DNA from: an uncultured Candidatus Saccharibacteria bacterium
GTDB lineage: Bacteria > Patescibacteriota > Minisyncoccia > Phycocordibacterales > CSBR16-119
Reading direction: 5' to 3'
Length of the DNA stretch: 64,000 nt
Assembly: GCA_964426385.1 (NCBI GenBank)
Contig: CAYRQF010000004.1
Coordinates: 12,573 to 76,572 of the forward strand
Part shown: positions 16,501-25,558 of the stretch, in pieces
Layout of the letters: each line of letters opens with the position of its first letter
Position numbering within the stretch: the first letter of the stretch is position 1
Position numbers and translations under genes: made by a program
Notes under the pieces: model-generated
Database searches by the model: none
What the model was told of the DNA's origin: nothing
Seen by the model: only the letters and a program-made list of their open reading frames with translations

Positions 16501-19040
16501 GAATCTCTTCCGGAAGAGTAAACTACGGCGACAAAAAAGAATCCCTCATAAATAAGATAAAGATTATCGAGAAGATGGCCGAAGCTCAGACGAAACTTTT
16601 CACTATGGGGCAGTTCAATGAGGTCGTCGAGAGCCAGAGTATGTTCAACAAGTTTAGCGTAACTATGAATAAGTGGCTTCCTGAGGCGGTAACGAACTTC
16701 TTCGATAAGCATGGTGATAATTCTAAATCAAACGACAGACTCGCCGATAGGTTCGATCGATCCCAGAAAGATAGCCAAGCCATGAAGGCAAAAGCCGCGC
16801 AGCTAACGCTCGCATTTGGCAAAGGTGCCGCGCTGGCGGCGACGGCATTCGGCGCTGGTTGGTTGGTGAGAGAGGGGTGGGACCTCATCGGTTCTGGTCC
16901 CGCTATACCAGGCAGAACAAATGATTTGATAGACGGTAGTGAGGGGGGCGGAAACGAGGTTCCTCGAACACCTACTCCTGGCGTGCCTGGTAGGCCGGCA
17001 GTTCCAGAGGGATATATTCCTGAGGCAGATAGGGAAACAGTTCCATCAGTACTCGATACAGTGCCTAAACCGCCGAGTTCGTCTGTGCTCGACAATGTAC
17101 CTAAACCACCAGAGCCTGGCGCAACTGTCGTAATAGAGGAAACTCCAGAGCCGAAAGCCCCCGAAGCAACAGACTCAACTCCAAAATCTCCGGAGACTAA
17201 GTCTCGGATGAAAGAAGTTCTCGGAACTCGAGATGACGGTCATTTGGATCTAGCGGAGATGAAGAAGAATTTCCAGATATCCAAAGACGCTTCAGGTGGG
17301 TTCGACATCGACATAAAGAACATTAACGATTTCGACAAGGTCAAAGCTTATATCAAGAATCCGATAAAGTTCGTAGATTTTTCACAGACTGACTTACCGG
17401 CAAATCTAGAGAAACCTCAGTGGGGTATCCAAGCCATGATCAGCGCCAAAGGTGAGATCAAGGAATTCTTGGCGACACAGCAGTATCTAGAAGAACTAGA
17501 GAAAGCCGATCCTAAATCTGGAGATATACCAGCACTCAAAGAGCACATGAAAGTCATGGGCGGGGAGATCAGAGCCAAGATGGCAGAATTCTACAGGAAG
17601 AATGCTGGGAAGGTTATAGAAGGAAAACTATTCAAGCCTTTCGAAGACTGGGTAGGGCCGACATCGGCTATTCCTAGCAGTATGGATGATGCGACCGCAA
17701 GTCTCGATGGTGGAGGCGGGTTCATCCCGCCAGAACCAGAGCAGGAATACACTGTCTATGATCCGAGCGAAACACCAAAGGTGCCTAGTCCTGAACCCGT
17801 CTCAACAGATACATCCGCTGGTCAAGAAGTCGTGACGTCACCACCCGCGCAGACCTATGAAGTCTGGACTCCTCCCGCGCCTGTCACAGAAGCGCCTACA
17901 CCTGTCGAAGCTCCGACTGAGTATAAAGTTTACGATTCAGGATTGGCACCTGAGTCAGTGGCGCCGACACCCGAACCTCAGCCTGAACCTGCGACAGAGT
18001 ATACGGTTTACAATCCAGGCATGGCGCCGGAAACTTCACCCGCCACTCCAACGCCAGAACCAGAACAGAAATACACCGTCTATGACCCTTCTGAAAAGAT
18101 AGCACCAGAGGTTACTAAAACAGCTAGTGGAGAGTACTCCCTCGAGAAAACTCCTACGAGTCGTGTCATAGAGGTAGACAATGAATACATGAAAGGCAAG
18201 ATAACTCTTGTTGAGGACAAGAGCGGAGTAGTAAAAGAAATATACGATGTAACTACTAAAGATCTTGATCCGGACAAATATTTCGTTGAAAATTGGAAGG
18301 ACGGCTTAACTGCAAAAGAAATCGAAGACAAAGAGATATTCTTGAGAGCGTATCTTAATAACCAAGATATGATAGTCGGCCAAGTTGTGGAGGAAGGAGA
18401 TAAGTTCTATAACGCTGTGGATGCCAGAGTCGATCTTTCGTTTGAAAAGATCAAAGACGTGCTGAAGACTGAACACATGATTGCTGAAGAGGCAGACACT
18501 CCAGAGGTTGCTTCGGGTAATGTTTCGGAGGCGACCATCTCGAAAGAGGAAATGGACGTTGCCAAAGAATCCGGCGTCGAAGTCGAAGAAGCACCTCGGC
18601 CTATCGAGAGTACTCAACATGGTGAGTTAAAAGGCGAATACGTCTCAGAACTTCAGACTTCTCCGACTGAGAGAGTTATCAGCTTTAACAATCCTGACGG
18701 TGAAGTCCGTGGACAGATTCAAATAGTGTATGACGAGAAAACTGGAGAGGTTGAGGGTGTTAAATACAGTAAAGACACGGGAAGCCTCTTCTCTGTTAGG
18801 CAGGAGGTTGTTTGGGCAGAGCATATGGAGGATAATTGGCGTAATAATCTCGGTACCAGGTCATCAATGGGGGTAGAGATCGAGGCTAAAAGATACATAA
18901 GATACAAGGGTATACTGCAGTCCTGTGGTTTCAAACCAGGTACTCCAGAGTATAAATACTTTAACGGGGAGTTAGAGGCTATCATCAAAAAGTCTGGCAA
19001 ATTCATCAAAGAAGAAACCATTTTCCCTTCAAAGGGCTAA
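13518..19040 (+). CDS. very large hypothetical protein (1840 aa) with hydrophobic segments and Pro/Glu-rich repeats
   Basis: Uninterrupted 5.5-kb ORF; TGATATAAT 9 nt upstream of the ATG. Confidence 0.9.
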   Translation: MSSREIPPNSGPNPSEGSSDSPEKSESRQREENEKATIESIVAKKMSGQPLSASEEAQYGTKDIAKKVDKEIVRLSKEAIKSTKPDLPPGRQRTGKLKANGGLDSLAAVSQRMKDKQELERIHAEAPEEIIEALQDRGLSTTGTPDQLIERLLNAGIDLADSPEEHKPVTVQVEAKKAPDIRALNAERRKKEAELRSIGLSVNPVVSAEAAVEASTSSEADKNEKVAEIVGSIKATLEKESVPTTERPSEVKKDSKQENIIPIEDLARMEKFVLRRRAGAPIEEDEVRLFNKYEKEINTLLSKPEVKKEESKKSEPESKPLVQEKVTDEQIGDVARAIGVAGVKVENLPENQKRIYQAYKDRIDALVVRISPPDKEAVKSLGGAQKINFFREQTKAGILPKNEENEDFLYKNFNEIVNDDETKLAYFAADFVENGDNPERTTENQVFINQNIDAINAKIKDFGGTTFFTKQEAAPAPVVAPEEAPKPQQPEKKSVSLAEQIKDYVYRYTHWEDMSSPEDRQFHADNGPAINEAIAVFAKQVEDLAKDMFINEMTEQQLSAEKLKFYKENEQNVDIAISRLAKGERNFEKNVAEVHANVVEDKKRIAGLIKDPEVQELITKMNLDMQYVYSLSPEFFDLDSNKQIYILDKIRQKISLDATFEAEDRVKKQLGRKAKSPLDWFNKRIELLTKEFQETKARREVIDEAKNSGLGDYAGDIEAMTKHVAKLDMNISYSAEGKPILEYVNPKSFEWDPEYIKRFKKSESPVEYVNRFNEAATAVSEMPHEWSQPNANIIDKMKYKKAWAKYEVQRDILFGAVVEQKKKEIPDNEEEASKSAMEWMTMMNSKVRMNQLLTEYPEIEQFENKGPSFNPEDLNSKEFQWTGKKALFAAGWFTKDLVRDNWAEVSAAIFAGGLGGLLGLRKKWVEYDDAEKRKRYGQAVGGKNIEKGIKKFINAGETADRLQWFLDKIESPEPGENIEKFAERLKNHLAIIDERISSGRVNYGDKKESLINKIKIIEKMAEAQTKLFTMGQFNEVVESQSMFNKFSVTMNKWLPEAVTNFFDKHGDNSKSNDRLADRFDRSQKDSQAMKAKAAQLTLAFGKGAALAATAFGAGWLVREGWDLIGSGPAIPGRTNDLIDGSEGGGNEVPRTPTPGVPGRPAVPEGYIPEADRETVPSVLDTVPKPPSSSVLDNVPKPPEPGATVVIEETPEPKAPEATDSTPKSPETKSRMKEVLGTRDDGHLDLAEMKKNFQISKDASGGFDIDIKNINDFDKVKAYIKNPIKFVDFSQTDLPANLEKPQWGIQAMISAKGEIKEFLATQQYLEELEKADPKSGDIPALKEHMKVMGGEIRAKMAEFYRKNAGKVIEGKLFKPFEDWVGPTSAIPSSMDDATASLDGGGGFIPPEPEQEYTVYDPSETPKVPSPEPVSTDTSAGQEVVTSPPAQTYEVWTPPAPVTEAPTPVEAPTEYKVYDSGLAPESVAPTPEPQPEPATEYTVYNPGMAPETSPATPTPEPEQKYTVYDPSEKIAPEVTKTASGEYSLEKTPTSRVIEVDNEYMKGKITLVEDKSGVVKEIYDVTTKDLDPDKYFVENWKDGLTAKEIEDKEIFLRAYLNNQDMIVGQVVEEGDKFYNAVDARVDLSFEKIKDVLKTEHMIAEEADTPEVASGNVSEATISKEEMDVAKESGVEVEEAPRPIESTQHGELKGEYVSELQTSPTERVISFNNPDGEVRGQIQIVYDEKTGEVEGVKYSKDTGSLFSVRQEVVWAEHMEDNWRNNLGTRSSMGVEIEAKRYIRYKGILQSCGFKPGTPEYKYFNGELEAIIKKSGKFIKEETIFPSKG

Positions 19041-19066
19041 GCGCTTTTGTGTTATAGTGTCTACTT

Positions 19067-21007
19067 ATGGACTATCTGAGTGGACTAAATGAGAGGCAAA
19101 AAGAGGCGGTGCTCCACAAGGACGGCGCGCTTTTGATTGTAGCCGGAGCTGGAGCCGGCAAGACGAAAACTATCACTCATCGTATCGCTTATCTCATCGA
19201 GCAGGGGGTTGTTCCGGAGTCTATACTCGCCGTTACTTTCACCAACAAAGCTGCCAAAGAGATGCAGGAGCGGGTGCAGTCGCTCGTTGATTTCTCAGGT
19301 TATCCTGGTCGACCGGTTATCTGTACGTTTCACTCGCTCGGTGTACGGATCATCAAGGATAATGCCAAACTTCTAGGTCTCAGTCGTCATTTTGCCATCC
19401 TCGACGACTCGGATTCGATGTCCATTATCAAAGAATCCATGAAAGAGCTCGGGCTCGACACGAAGACTAGTTCTCCGCGACTCATTCGTAGCGTCATCTC
19501 AAAGAACAAGAACAATTTTGTAAGTCCAGACGAGTTCGCTCAGAATATCAAGTCTCATGTAGGGCAAATCACACTCTCAGTGTGGCGTAAGTATGAGGAG
19601 AAGAAATCAAAAGAGGGCGGTCTAGATTTTGACGATCTGTTACTCAAGACAGTGCTCATCCTCGAGAAGCACCCAGAAGTATTGGCGGGATATCAGGACA
19701 GGTTTCGCTACATCCATATCGACGAGTATCAGGATACGAACAAAGTTCAGTATATGTTGACGAAAATGCTCGCCGACAAGTATGGCAACATATGCGTCGT
19801 GGGCGACAGTGATCAAAATATCTACAGTTGGCGCGGAGCTGACATCGTTAACATCCTCAATTTCGAAGAAGACTATCCGAATGCGAAAGTTGTACTTCTC
19901 GAAGAGAATTATCGCTCGACTAAAAATATCCTCGGGGTGGCGAATGCCATCATAAAGAAGAACGTCCAGCGTAAGGAGAAGAATCTTTTTACTGAGAACA
20001 AAGAAGGGGAGCTCATATCTATATTCGAAGCATATAACGACCGACTTGAGGCTGAGTTTATAGCCGAACGCATCGTAGCTCTCGTTGACCAGGGGACGAA
20101 GTGCGAAGATATCGCGGTACTGTATCGGGCGAATTTTCAATCTCGAATACTAGAAGAACAGATGCTGCTCTACAGCGTTCCTTATCAGGTGCTCGGAGTT
20201 AAGTTTTTTGACCGCAAAGAAGTCAAAGACGTTCTGTCATACTTACGATTATCGCTTAATAGAGATTCTATTTCCGATTTGCGCCGAGCTATCGCATATC
20301 CGAAAAGGGGACTCGGTCCGACAACTCTGGCAAAAATAGTCACAGGCAAGAGTGCCGAACTACCAGCTAAGACTCTGCAGAAAGTAAACGAGTTTTATGA
20401 GTCTCTCGACAAGATTCGTGAGTACAGTGAGAGCCATCTACCATCAGAAACTATCAAATACATCATAAAAGCTTCCGGTATCGAGGCAGATCTGACGAAG
20501 AGTCGCACCGAAGAGGACCTCGAGCGTCTAGAAAACATCAAGGAAATAGTGACTTTCGCGGCAAAATACGATTCATTTCCACCACTCGAGGGTGTCGAGA
20601 AGCTCCTCGAAGAGTCTGCTCTGGTATCTGACCAAGACTCGCTCTCGGTTGAGTCAGAGGCTAGGAAGGAGAAGAACAAGCGTGGAGTGAAGCTCATGAC
20701 CGTGCATGCATCCAAAGGTCTAGAGTTCGAATATGTTTTCATTGTCGGTCTCGAGCATGAACTGTTTCCGCACGTCCGCGAGGGTGGCACTGATGCTGAT
20801 ATGGAAGAAGAGCGTCGATTGTTCTATGTCGCGGTAACTCGAGCCAAGGAGAAGCTCTTCCTTTCGTATGCGACACTCCGAATGCTGTTCGGCGAGACTA
20901 GACTTCAGGCTCCTTCGTCGTTTCTCCAGGATGTGCCGATGGATCTAGTCATCCGCGAGGAGAGGGAGTCGAGCGGGTTTGGTAATAATGTCGTGTACCT
21001 CGATTAG
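19067..21007 (+). CDS. UvrD/PcrA superfamily 1 DNA helicase
   Basis: AGAGAGKT, TFTNKAA, IDEYQD, VGDSDQNIYSWRGA, MTVHASKGLEF, EEERRLFYVAVTRA. Confidence 0.97.
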   Translation: MDYLSGLNERQKEAVLHKDGALLIVAGAGAGKTKTITHRIAYLIEQGVVPESILAVTFTNKAAKEMQERVQSLVDFSGYPGRPVICTFHSLGVRIIKDNAKLLGLSRHFAILDDSDSMSIIKESMKELGLDTKTSSPRLIRSVISKNKNNFVSPDEFAQNIKSHVGQITLSVWRKYEEKKSKEGGLDFDDLLLKTVLILEKHPEVLAGYQDRFRYIHIDEYQDTNKVQYMLTKMLADKYGNICVVGDSDQNIYSWRGADIVNILNFEEDYPNAKVVLLEENYRSTKNILGVANAIIKKNVQRKEKNLFTENKEGELISIFEAYNDRLEAEFIAERIVALVDQGTKCEDIAVLYRANFQSRILEEQMLLYSVPYQVLGVKFFDRKEVKDVLSYLRLSLNRDSISDLRRAIAYPKRGLGPTTLAKIVTGKSAELPAKTLQKVNEFYESLDKIREYSESHLPSETIKYIIKASGIEADLTKSRTEEDLERLENIKEIVTFAAKYDSFPPLEGVEKLLEESALVSDQDSLSVESEARKEKNKRGVKLMTVHASKGLEFEYVFIVGLEHELFPHVREGGTDADMEEERRLFYVAVTRAKEKLFLSYATLRMLFGETRLQAPSSFLQDVPMDLVIREERESSGFGNNVVYLD

Positions 21008-21016
21008 GTACACGAC

Positions 21017-21051
21017 GAGGTTATAGGAAATAGGTCTTAGGTTATAGAATA
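21017..21051 (+). repeat. 7-nt tandem array (TAGGnnn)
   Basis: gaggtta taggaaa taggtct taggtta tagaata between uvrD and rsmA. Confidence 0.7.
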
Positions 21052-21056
21052 AACAT

Positions 21057-21866
21057 ATGAGAGCAAAGAAATCCCTCGGACAAAATTTTTTAAAATCAGC
21101 GAAAGCCCTAGGTGATATTGTGCGTGCCGGAAATGTCTCTCTAGGCGACATGGTTCTCGAAATCGGACCAGGGAAGGGGGCTCTCACCGAGAAACTCCTA
21201 GAAACAGGCGCAAAAGTTTTTGCAATTGAAAAAGATCGTGAACTGGTTCCTTTGCTTGCGGAGAAGTTCGCTACTTACATCGATTCTGGTAAACTAACTA
21301 TTGTCGAGGCAGATATTCTAGAATTCAATCCATTAGACTACAAACTACTTACTACAAACTACAAACTCATCGGCAACATTCCGTACTATATCACTGGTGC
21401 TATTATTCGGAAATTCCTGGAGTCAGATTACCAGCCGACTCTTGCGGTGTTCCTAGTCCAAAAAGAGGTTGCTGAACGGGTCATCGCCCGAGATAGCAAG
21501 GAGTCCATCCTGTCGCTGTCAGTCAAAGCCTATGGCAAGCCGAACATGATAGGTAAGGTTTCAAAGCGGTATTTTGCCCCAGAGCCGAAAGTAGACTCGG
21601 CCATCCTCCTCATAGCCGATATCAATAAAGATAATTTTAAAAACGTTAGAGAGATTGATTTTTTCAGCGTGGTAAAAACTGCCTTCGGGCAGAAAAGGAA
21701 GACTTTAGTTAAAAACCTCGAGAATCTGGGCCTAAATAAGGAAATAATCATGAAAAGCCTCACAGGTAATGGCGTCCCTGACAAAGCTAGGGCCGAAGAT
21801 CTATCTATAGAGACATTTATACAGCTGAGTAAATCCCTCTTTCCCCAAAACGGCACACGGAAATAG
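21057..21866 (+). CDS. rsmA: 16S rRNA adenine dimethyltransferase RsmA/KsgA
   Basis: KKSLGQNFL, LEIGPGKGALT, GNIPYYIT, PKVDSA, RAEDL. Confidence 0.97.
   Translation: MRAKKSLGQNFLKSAKALGDIVRAGNVSLGDMVLEIGPGKGALTEKLLETGAKVFAIEKDRELVPLLAEKFATYIDSGKLTIVEADILEFNPLDYKLLTTNYKLIGNIPYYITGAIIRKFLESDYQPTLAVFLVQKEVAERVIARDSKESILSLSVKAYGKPNMIGKVSKRYFAPEPKVDSAILLIADINKDNFKNVREIDFFSVVKTAFGQKRKTLVKNLENLGLNKEIIMKSLTGNGVPDKARAEDLSIETFIQLSKSLFPQNGTRK
21337..21367 (-). repeat. 7-nt array inside the rsmA coding sequence
   Basis: actacaa actactt actacaa actacaa act (encodes DYKLLTTNYKL). Confidence 0.75.
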
Positions 21867-21889
21867 CCAGAAGGATATATAATCAAAGG

Positions 21890-22252
21890 GTGAAATATAT
21901 AAGACCAGTATTAATTATTTCTCTTGTAGTCATTCCGGCAATCACATTTGCATTTTCGCTATCACCATTGAAACCTCTGGGTGGTAAAATCATAACAGCT
22001 CCTACGCCTGGAGTTTCGTGTCCAGCCGGTAAACAACCAGGCAGTCCTTTTACTGTTGTTCCAGCAGGTAGTGGGCCATCTTGGCTTTTGGTTGGGGACT
22101 ATCATCCTATTTCAAACCACTTTATGTTAGCGCCCAACGAATGGATACTAGGGCTTTATATAGCAACTCCTTTACCGGAATGCACAACACAGTCACTACC
22201 TCCAGTACCGGTAAGTGGCTACAGAACATTCTTTAACGGAACTTCGCGTTAA
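21890..22252 (+). CDS. small exported hypothetical protein (2 Cys, Pro-rich)
   Basis: Signal-peptide-like N-terminus; TATAAT 6 nt before the GTG. Confidence 0.75.
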   Translation: MKYIRPVLIISLVVIPAITFAFSLSPLKPLGGKIITAPTPGVSCPAGKQPGSPFTVVPAGSGPSWLLVGDYHPISNHFMLAPNEWILGLYIATPLPECTTQSLPPVPVSGYRTFFNGTSR

Positions 22253-22261
22253 TACTTAGCC

Positions 22262-23167
22262 ATGATTTCAAAATACCTCCCAAGTAAGAAATTCGTCAAA
22301 GTCATGGGCGTGGTAATAATTACCGGCGTCGTGATTTTGGCGGTAGCTATGCTCGTCAGTCGTCGGCAAACTTTTGAGAATAAAAACGATGAGTCTCTAT
22401 TTCTCGTTGAGGGTGCAATAGAGAATTTTTATAACACAGATACGGATAAGGACGGAGTCTATGATTGGGAAGAGGGTCTGTGGGGAACGGATCCATTCAA
22501 TAAAGACACTGACAGTGACGGGGTGACAGACGGAGAAGAGATCGGTTCTAACAAAGAAGAGATACGCGAGAAGAATAATCTCGGGGGGGAGGTCACCGCC
22601 TCTGAGGACTTGAATCAGACTGAGATATTTGCTCGGCAACTATTCTCAGCAGCATCACTTGCCGGACAGCAAGGCGGCCTTTCTCAGGAGTCTATGGAGG
22701 CGTTCTCTAAATCTTTTGGTGGTGCCATTTCCGACTCCAAGATAAAAGATCCTTTCACATTGTCTGATCTAAAGCTTACAGCCGTGAGTCCTGTCGACTA
22801 CAAGACCAGCCTCGGTGAAGCTTTTGACCCATACTTGCAAGCCGGGATTAATCCACTCAACGTTATATATAGATTCTCTAATGGCGACACTGCAGTTTCT
22901 GGAGATATAGATCAGCTTTCGGAGATTTATAACGGTATCTCGAATTCTTTGCTTGCGATTCCAACACCGCATAACGCCGCTGGCATCCAGTTGTCTTTGA
23001 TAAACACAACAGCAAAACTCTCTTTGGCATTTATAAACATGAAACACATAGAAGATGATCCGATACTCGCCGTCGTTGGTTTCTATCAGTATCAGGAATA
23101 CTCAGTAGAGCTCGAGAATACCCTCGAAAAATTGAAGAGTTATTTTAACTCAAGTGGTATAATCTAA
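22262..23167 (+). CDS. membrane-anchored protein with thrombospondin type 3-like Ca-binding repeats
   Basis: N-terminal TM helix; DTDKDGVYDWEE...GTDP...DTDSDGVTDGEE. Confidence 0.8.
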   Translation: MISKYLPSKKFVKVMGVVIITGVVILAVAMLVSRRQTFENKNDESLFLVEGAIENFYNTDTDKDGVYDWEEGLWGTDPFNKDTDSDGVTDGEEIGSNKEEIREKNNLGGEVTASEDLNQTEIFARQLFSAASLAGQQGGLSQESMEAFSKSFGGAISDSKIKDPFTLSDLKLTAVSPVDYKTSLGEAFDPYLQAGINPLNVIYRFSNGDTAVSGDIDQLSEIYNGISNSLLAIPTPHNAAGIQLSLINTTAKLSLAFINMKHIEDDPILAVVGFYQYQEYSVELENTLEKLKSYFNSSGII

Positions 23168-23176
23168 TCGTATTTT

Positions 23177-25465
23177 ATGAAATTCGCAATTAAGCTACTC
23201 AAGAAAACATTCTGCCTCGTCCTGATTGCATCACTGTTCAGTCAGACTGCGCTAGTTTTTTCTCCTGAGTATGTGGAGGCTCAAGGGGTGGGCGGGGGCG
23301 CCTCAGGACAGGTTAGCACAGGCTTCGGAGCCTCGGGCATAATAGGTACCGCTCTAAACTGTTCAGGTGTGATGGATAAGCTGGCCGGCGCACTCAGCGG
23401 CCTGTTCAAAGTTACTGTAAAAGAAGTGCCTGTAGGGGATAATACAAACAACACTAAAGAGGGTTGCCTTGACAGTATCGCTCACGAAATCGTCGTCCGT
23501 ATCATGGATAAGATAACTCTAGCTACTGTTGATTGGATCAATAATGGTTTCGAGGGTCAGCCACTTTTCCTAGAAGACCCTCAGAAATTCTTTGAAAACG
23601 TGGCCGCTCGCGAGATTAACTCTCTGACCGGTTGGTTTACAGCTAGCCCAGAGGGCTACCCGTTCGGGCAGATTGTTATGACAACAATACTTACGAATCT
23701 ACAATCACAGTTCTCCCAGAACGTTCAGTTCTCACTGAACGAAGTATTGGCACATGGAACATATGAAGATTTCAGATTCAATTTCAATGTCGGCGGATGG
23801 GCCGGCTATTCAGCTTTTTATAAACCAAATAACAACCCTTTTGGTAACTATTTACTTGTTAACCGAGAACTCGGTAGGAAGATCGGAGGGACGACTATTA
23901 CTGTCGGTGACAACTATAGTAAACAGATTCAGCAGTCTGGAGGATTCTTGAATCAGAGAAAGTGTGTAGTGTCAGGAACAGGTAACAACGACTATATCCC
24001 AGAAGACGATGAGTCAGGGTACCATATACCATCAGGTGGCATGCCTACGATCGCCCTCTGGGAGTTCTTGATTGGCGCCGATCAGGGTACACCGGCATTT
24101 CAGAGCGTTTACGACCAACTCCAGCCGGGATTCACTGGACCACTCACCGCACAGGCCACAGACGTTCAGGCTCAGATAGAAAACTATGAACTACGCAGTA
24201 CATGTCGCGAGTGGAAAACTATTACGCCAGGCAAGGTGGTTTCAGATCAGCTGACATCCGCACTCAACATACCTACGAATCAGTTGATACAGGCCGACGA
24301 GGTCAGTGAGAACCTCGCGCTCATTTTCGACGCGTTACTACTTCAGTTGGTAAACACAGGACTACGATCCCTCGACGGGGATGATCCTTCTACGAACGTT
24401 GCGTTGGCACAGGTCCAGGGCTTACAGCCAGGGCAGGTTTCAAACGGTCAGACCCCTCCTCCATCGGTTGATACAATAACTGGAACAGGATATTCACAAG
24501 AGCCATTAGTTCTGGTGCAACAGTCCTATATTCAGCAGGCTCAGCAAGCTATGCCAGTTCTGGATAATTTAATACGTAAGATTAAAGCTTTGGATTATTG
24601 TGTACCCGGACCGCACCCTTCTTGGGTTGATGAGGCTCAGCAAAACTTAGAGAATTCATTACTCAGTGTCGGGGCTTTTGCCTCCAGTAACCCAGACCCT
24701 CAGGACGCCGAAGATGAGAATCAAGATTACTACGCTAGCGTTATCCAGAGTCTAACCGGTATAACAATAGAACAAAGCCCGGCGATGCATAACCATACTC
24801 AGTTTATGGATTTTATGAACAACCTTTACGCAAAATATTCCGAAAAGATGCTAAATCCTAGTGACGCTGGATATAATCGATTCTTGACCCCGCCTTCTAC
24901 CAGAATATTCCTGGAAAATCTATTGAATGAGATGCAGGTTTACCAAGCCTCGTATGATGATCTAAATGAATATCTTAATAACATTACCTCATATTTACCA
25001 ACACTTATATCTATAGAGGCAACTATAAATAACATCGCACAGACTAACGGTGGAATAGTTGATCCGACCAACCCACAGGTTCAGGCGCAGATATCATTGT
25101 TTGAGAGTATCAATAGTCATTTCGCCACGGAAGCACAGCTCAGTGATTTGCAGACAAATTACGTATTGTTCCAGAACAGGGAGACCACAGTAAACAGTCA
25201 TTTGGATAGCTGTATAACCGAAACGGTGGTTGGGCCATACAATAATCCGAATAATAGGGTGGCTTATCCAGCTGCGATATTCCCATATGTACACAGTGTC
25301 TCATTGGTACCACTTCCGGGCCCGAACGACAGCTTCTTCGATGGAATTCAATTTGCTGGCAATACAAACAACGGCAACATAGATGTTACTTTTGGTGGGG
25401 TCAATATCAATGCAGGTGCGACACTTGACACATTCGAAGACCAGGTTCTCCAGTCCATCTACTAG
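23177..25465 (+). CDS. large exported protein of the T4SS-like locus
   Basis: Signal peptide ending VEAQ; Cys pairs; directly upstream of the VirB6-like gene. Confidence 0.8.
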   Translation: MKFAIKLLKKTFCLVLIASLFSQTALVFSPEYVEAQGVGGGASGQVSTGFGASGIIGTALNCSGVMDKLAGALSGLFKVTVKEVPVGDNTNNTKEGCLDSIAHEIVVRIMDKITLATVDWINNGFEGQPLFLEDPQKFFENVAAREINSLTGWFTASPEGYPFGQIVMTTILTNLQSQFSQNVQFSLNEVLAHGTYEDFRFNFNVGGWAGYSAFYKPNNNPFGNYLLVNRELGRKIGGTTITVGDNYSKQIQQSGGFLNQRKCVVSGTGNNDYIPEDDESGYHIPSGGMPTIALWEFLIGADQGTPAFQSVYDQLQPGFTGPLTAQATDVQAQIENYELRSTCREWKTITPGKVVSDQLTSALNIPTNQLIQADEVSENLALIFDALLLQLVNTGLRSLDGDDPSTNVALAQVQGLQPGQVSNGQTPPPSVDTITGTGYSQEPLVLVQQSYIQQAQQAMPVLDNLIRKIKALDYCVPGPHPSWVDEAQQNLENSLLSVGAFASSNPDPQDAEDENQDYYASVIQSLTGITIEQSPAMHNHTQFMDFMNNLYAKYSEKMLNPSDAGYNRFLTPPSTRIFLENLLNEMQVYQASYDDLNEYLNNITSYLPTLISIEATINNIAQTNGGIVDPTNPQVQAQISLFESINSHFATEAQLSDLQTNYVLFQNRETTVNSHLDSCITETVVGPYNNPNNRVAYPAAIFPYVHSVSLVPLPGPNDSFFDGIQFAGNTNNGNIDVTFGGVNINAGATLDTFEDQVLQSIY

Positions 25466-25558
25466 CGTGGTATTTACACACATATTTTACCTAGAACCAC
25501 TTGGCCAGGTGGTATAATCTGGTCATTGCACTAGGCAGTTTATTTGCGCCTTTTTATA

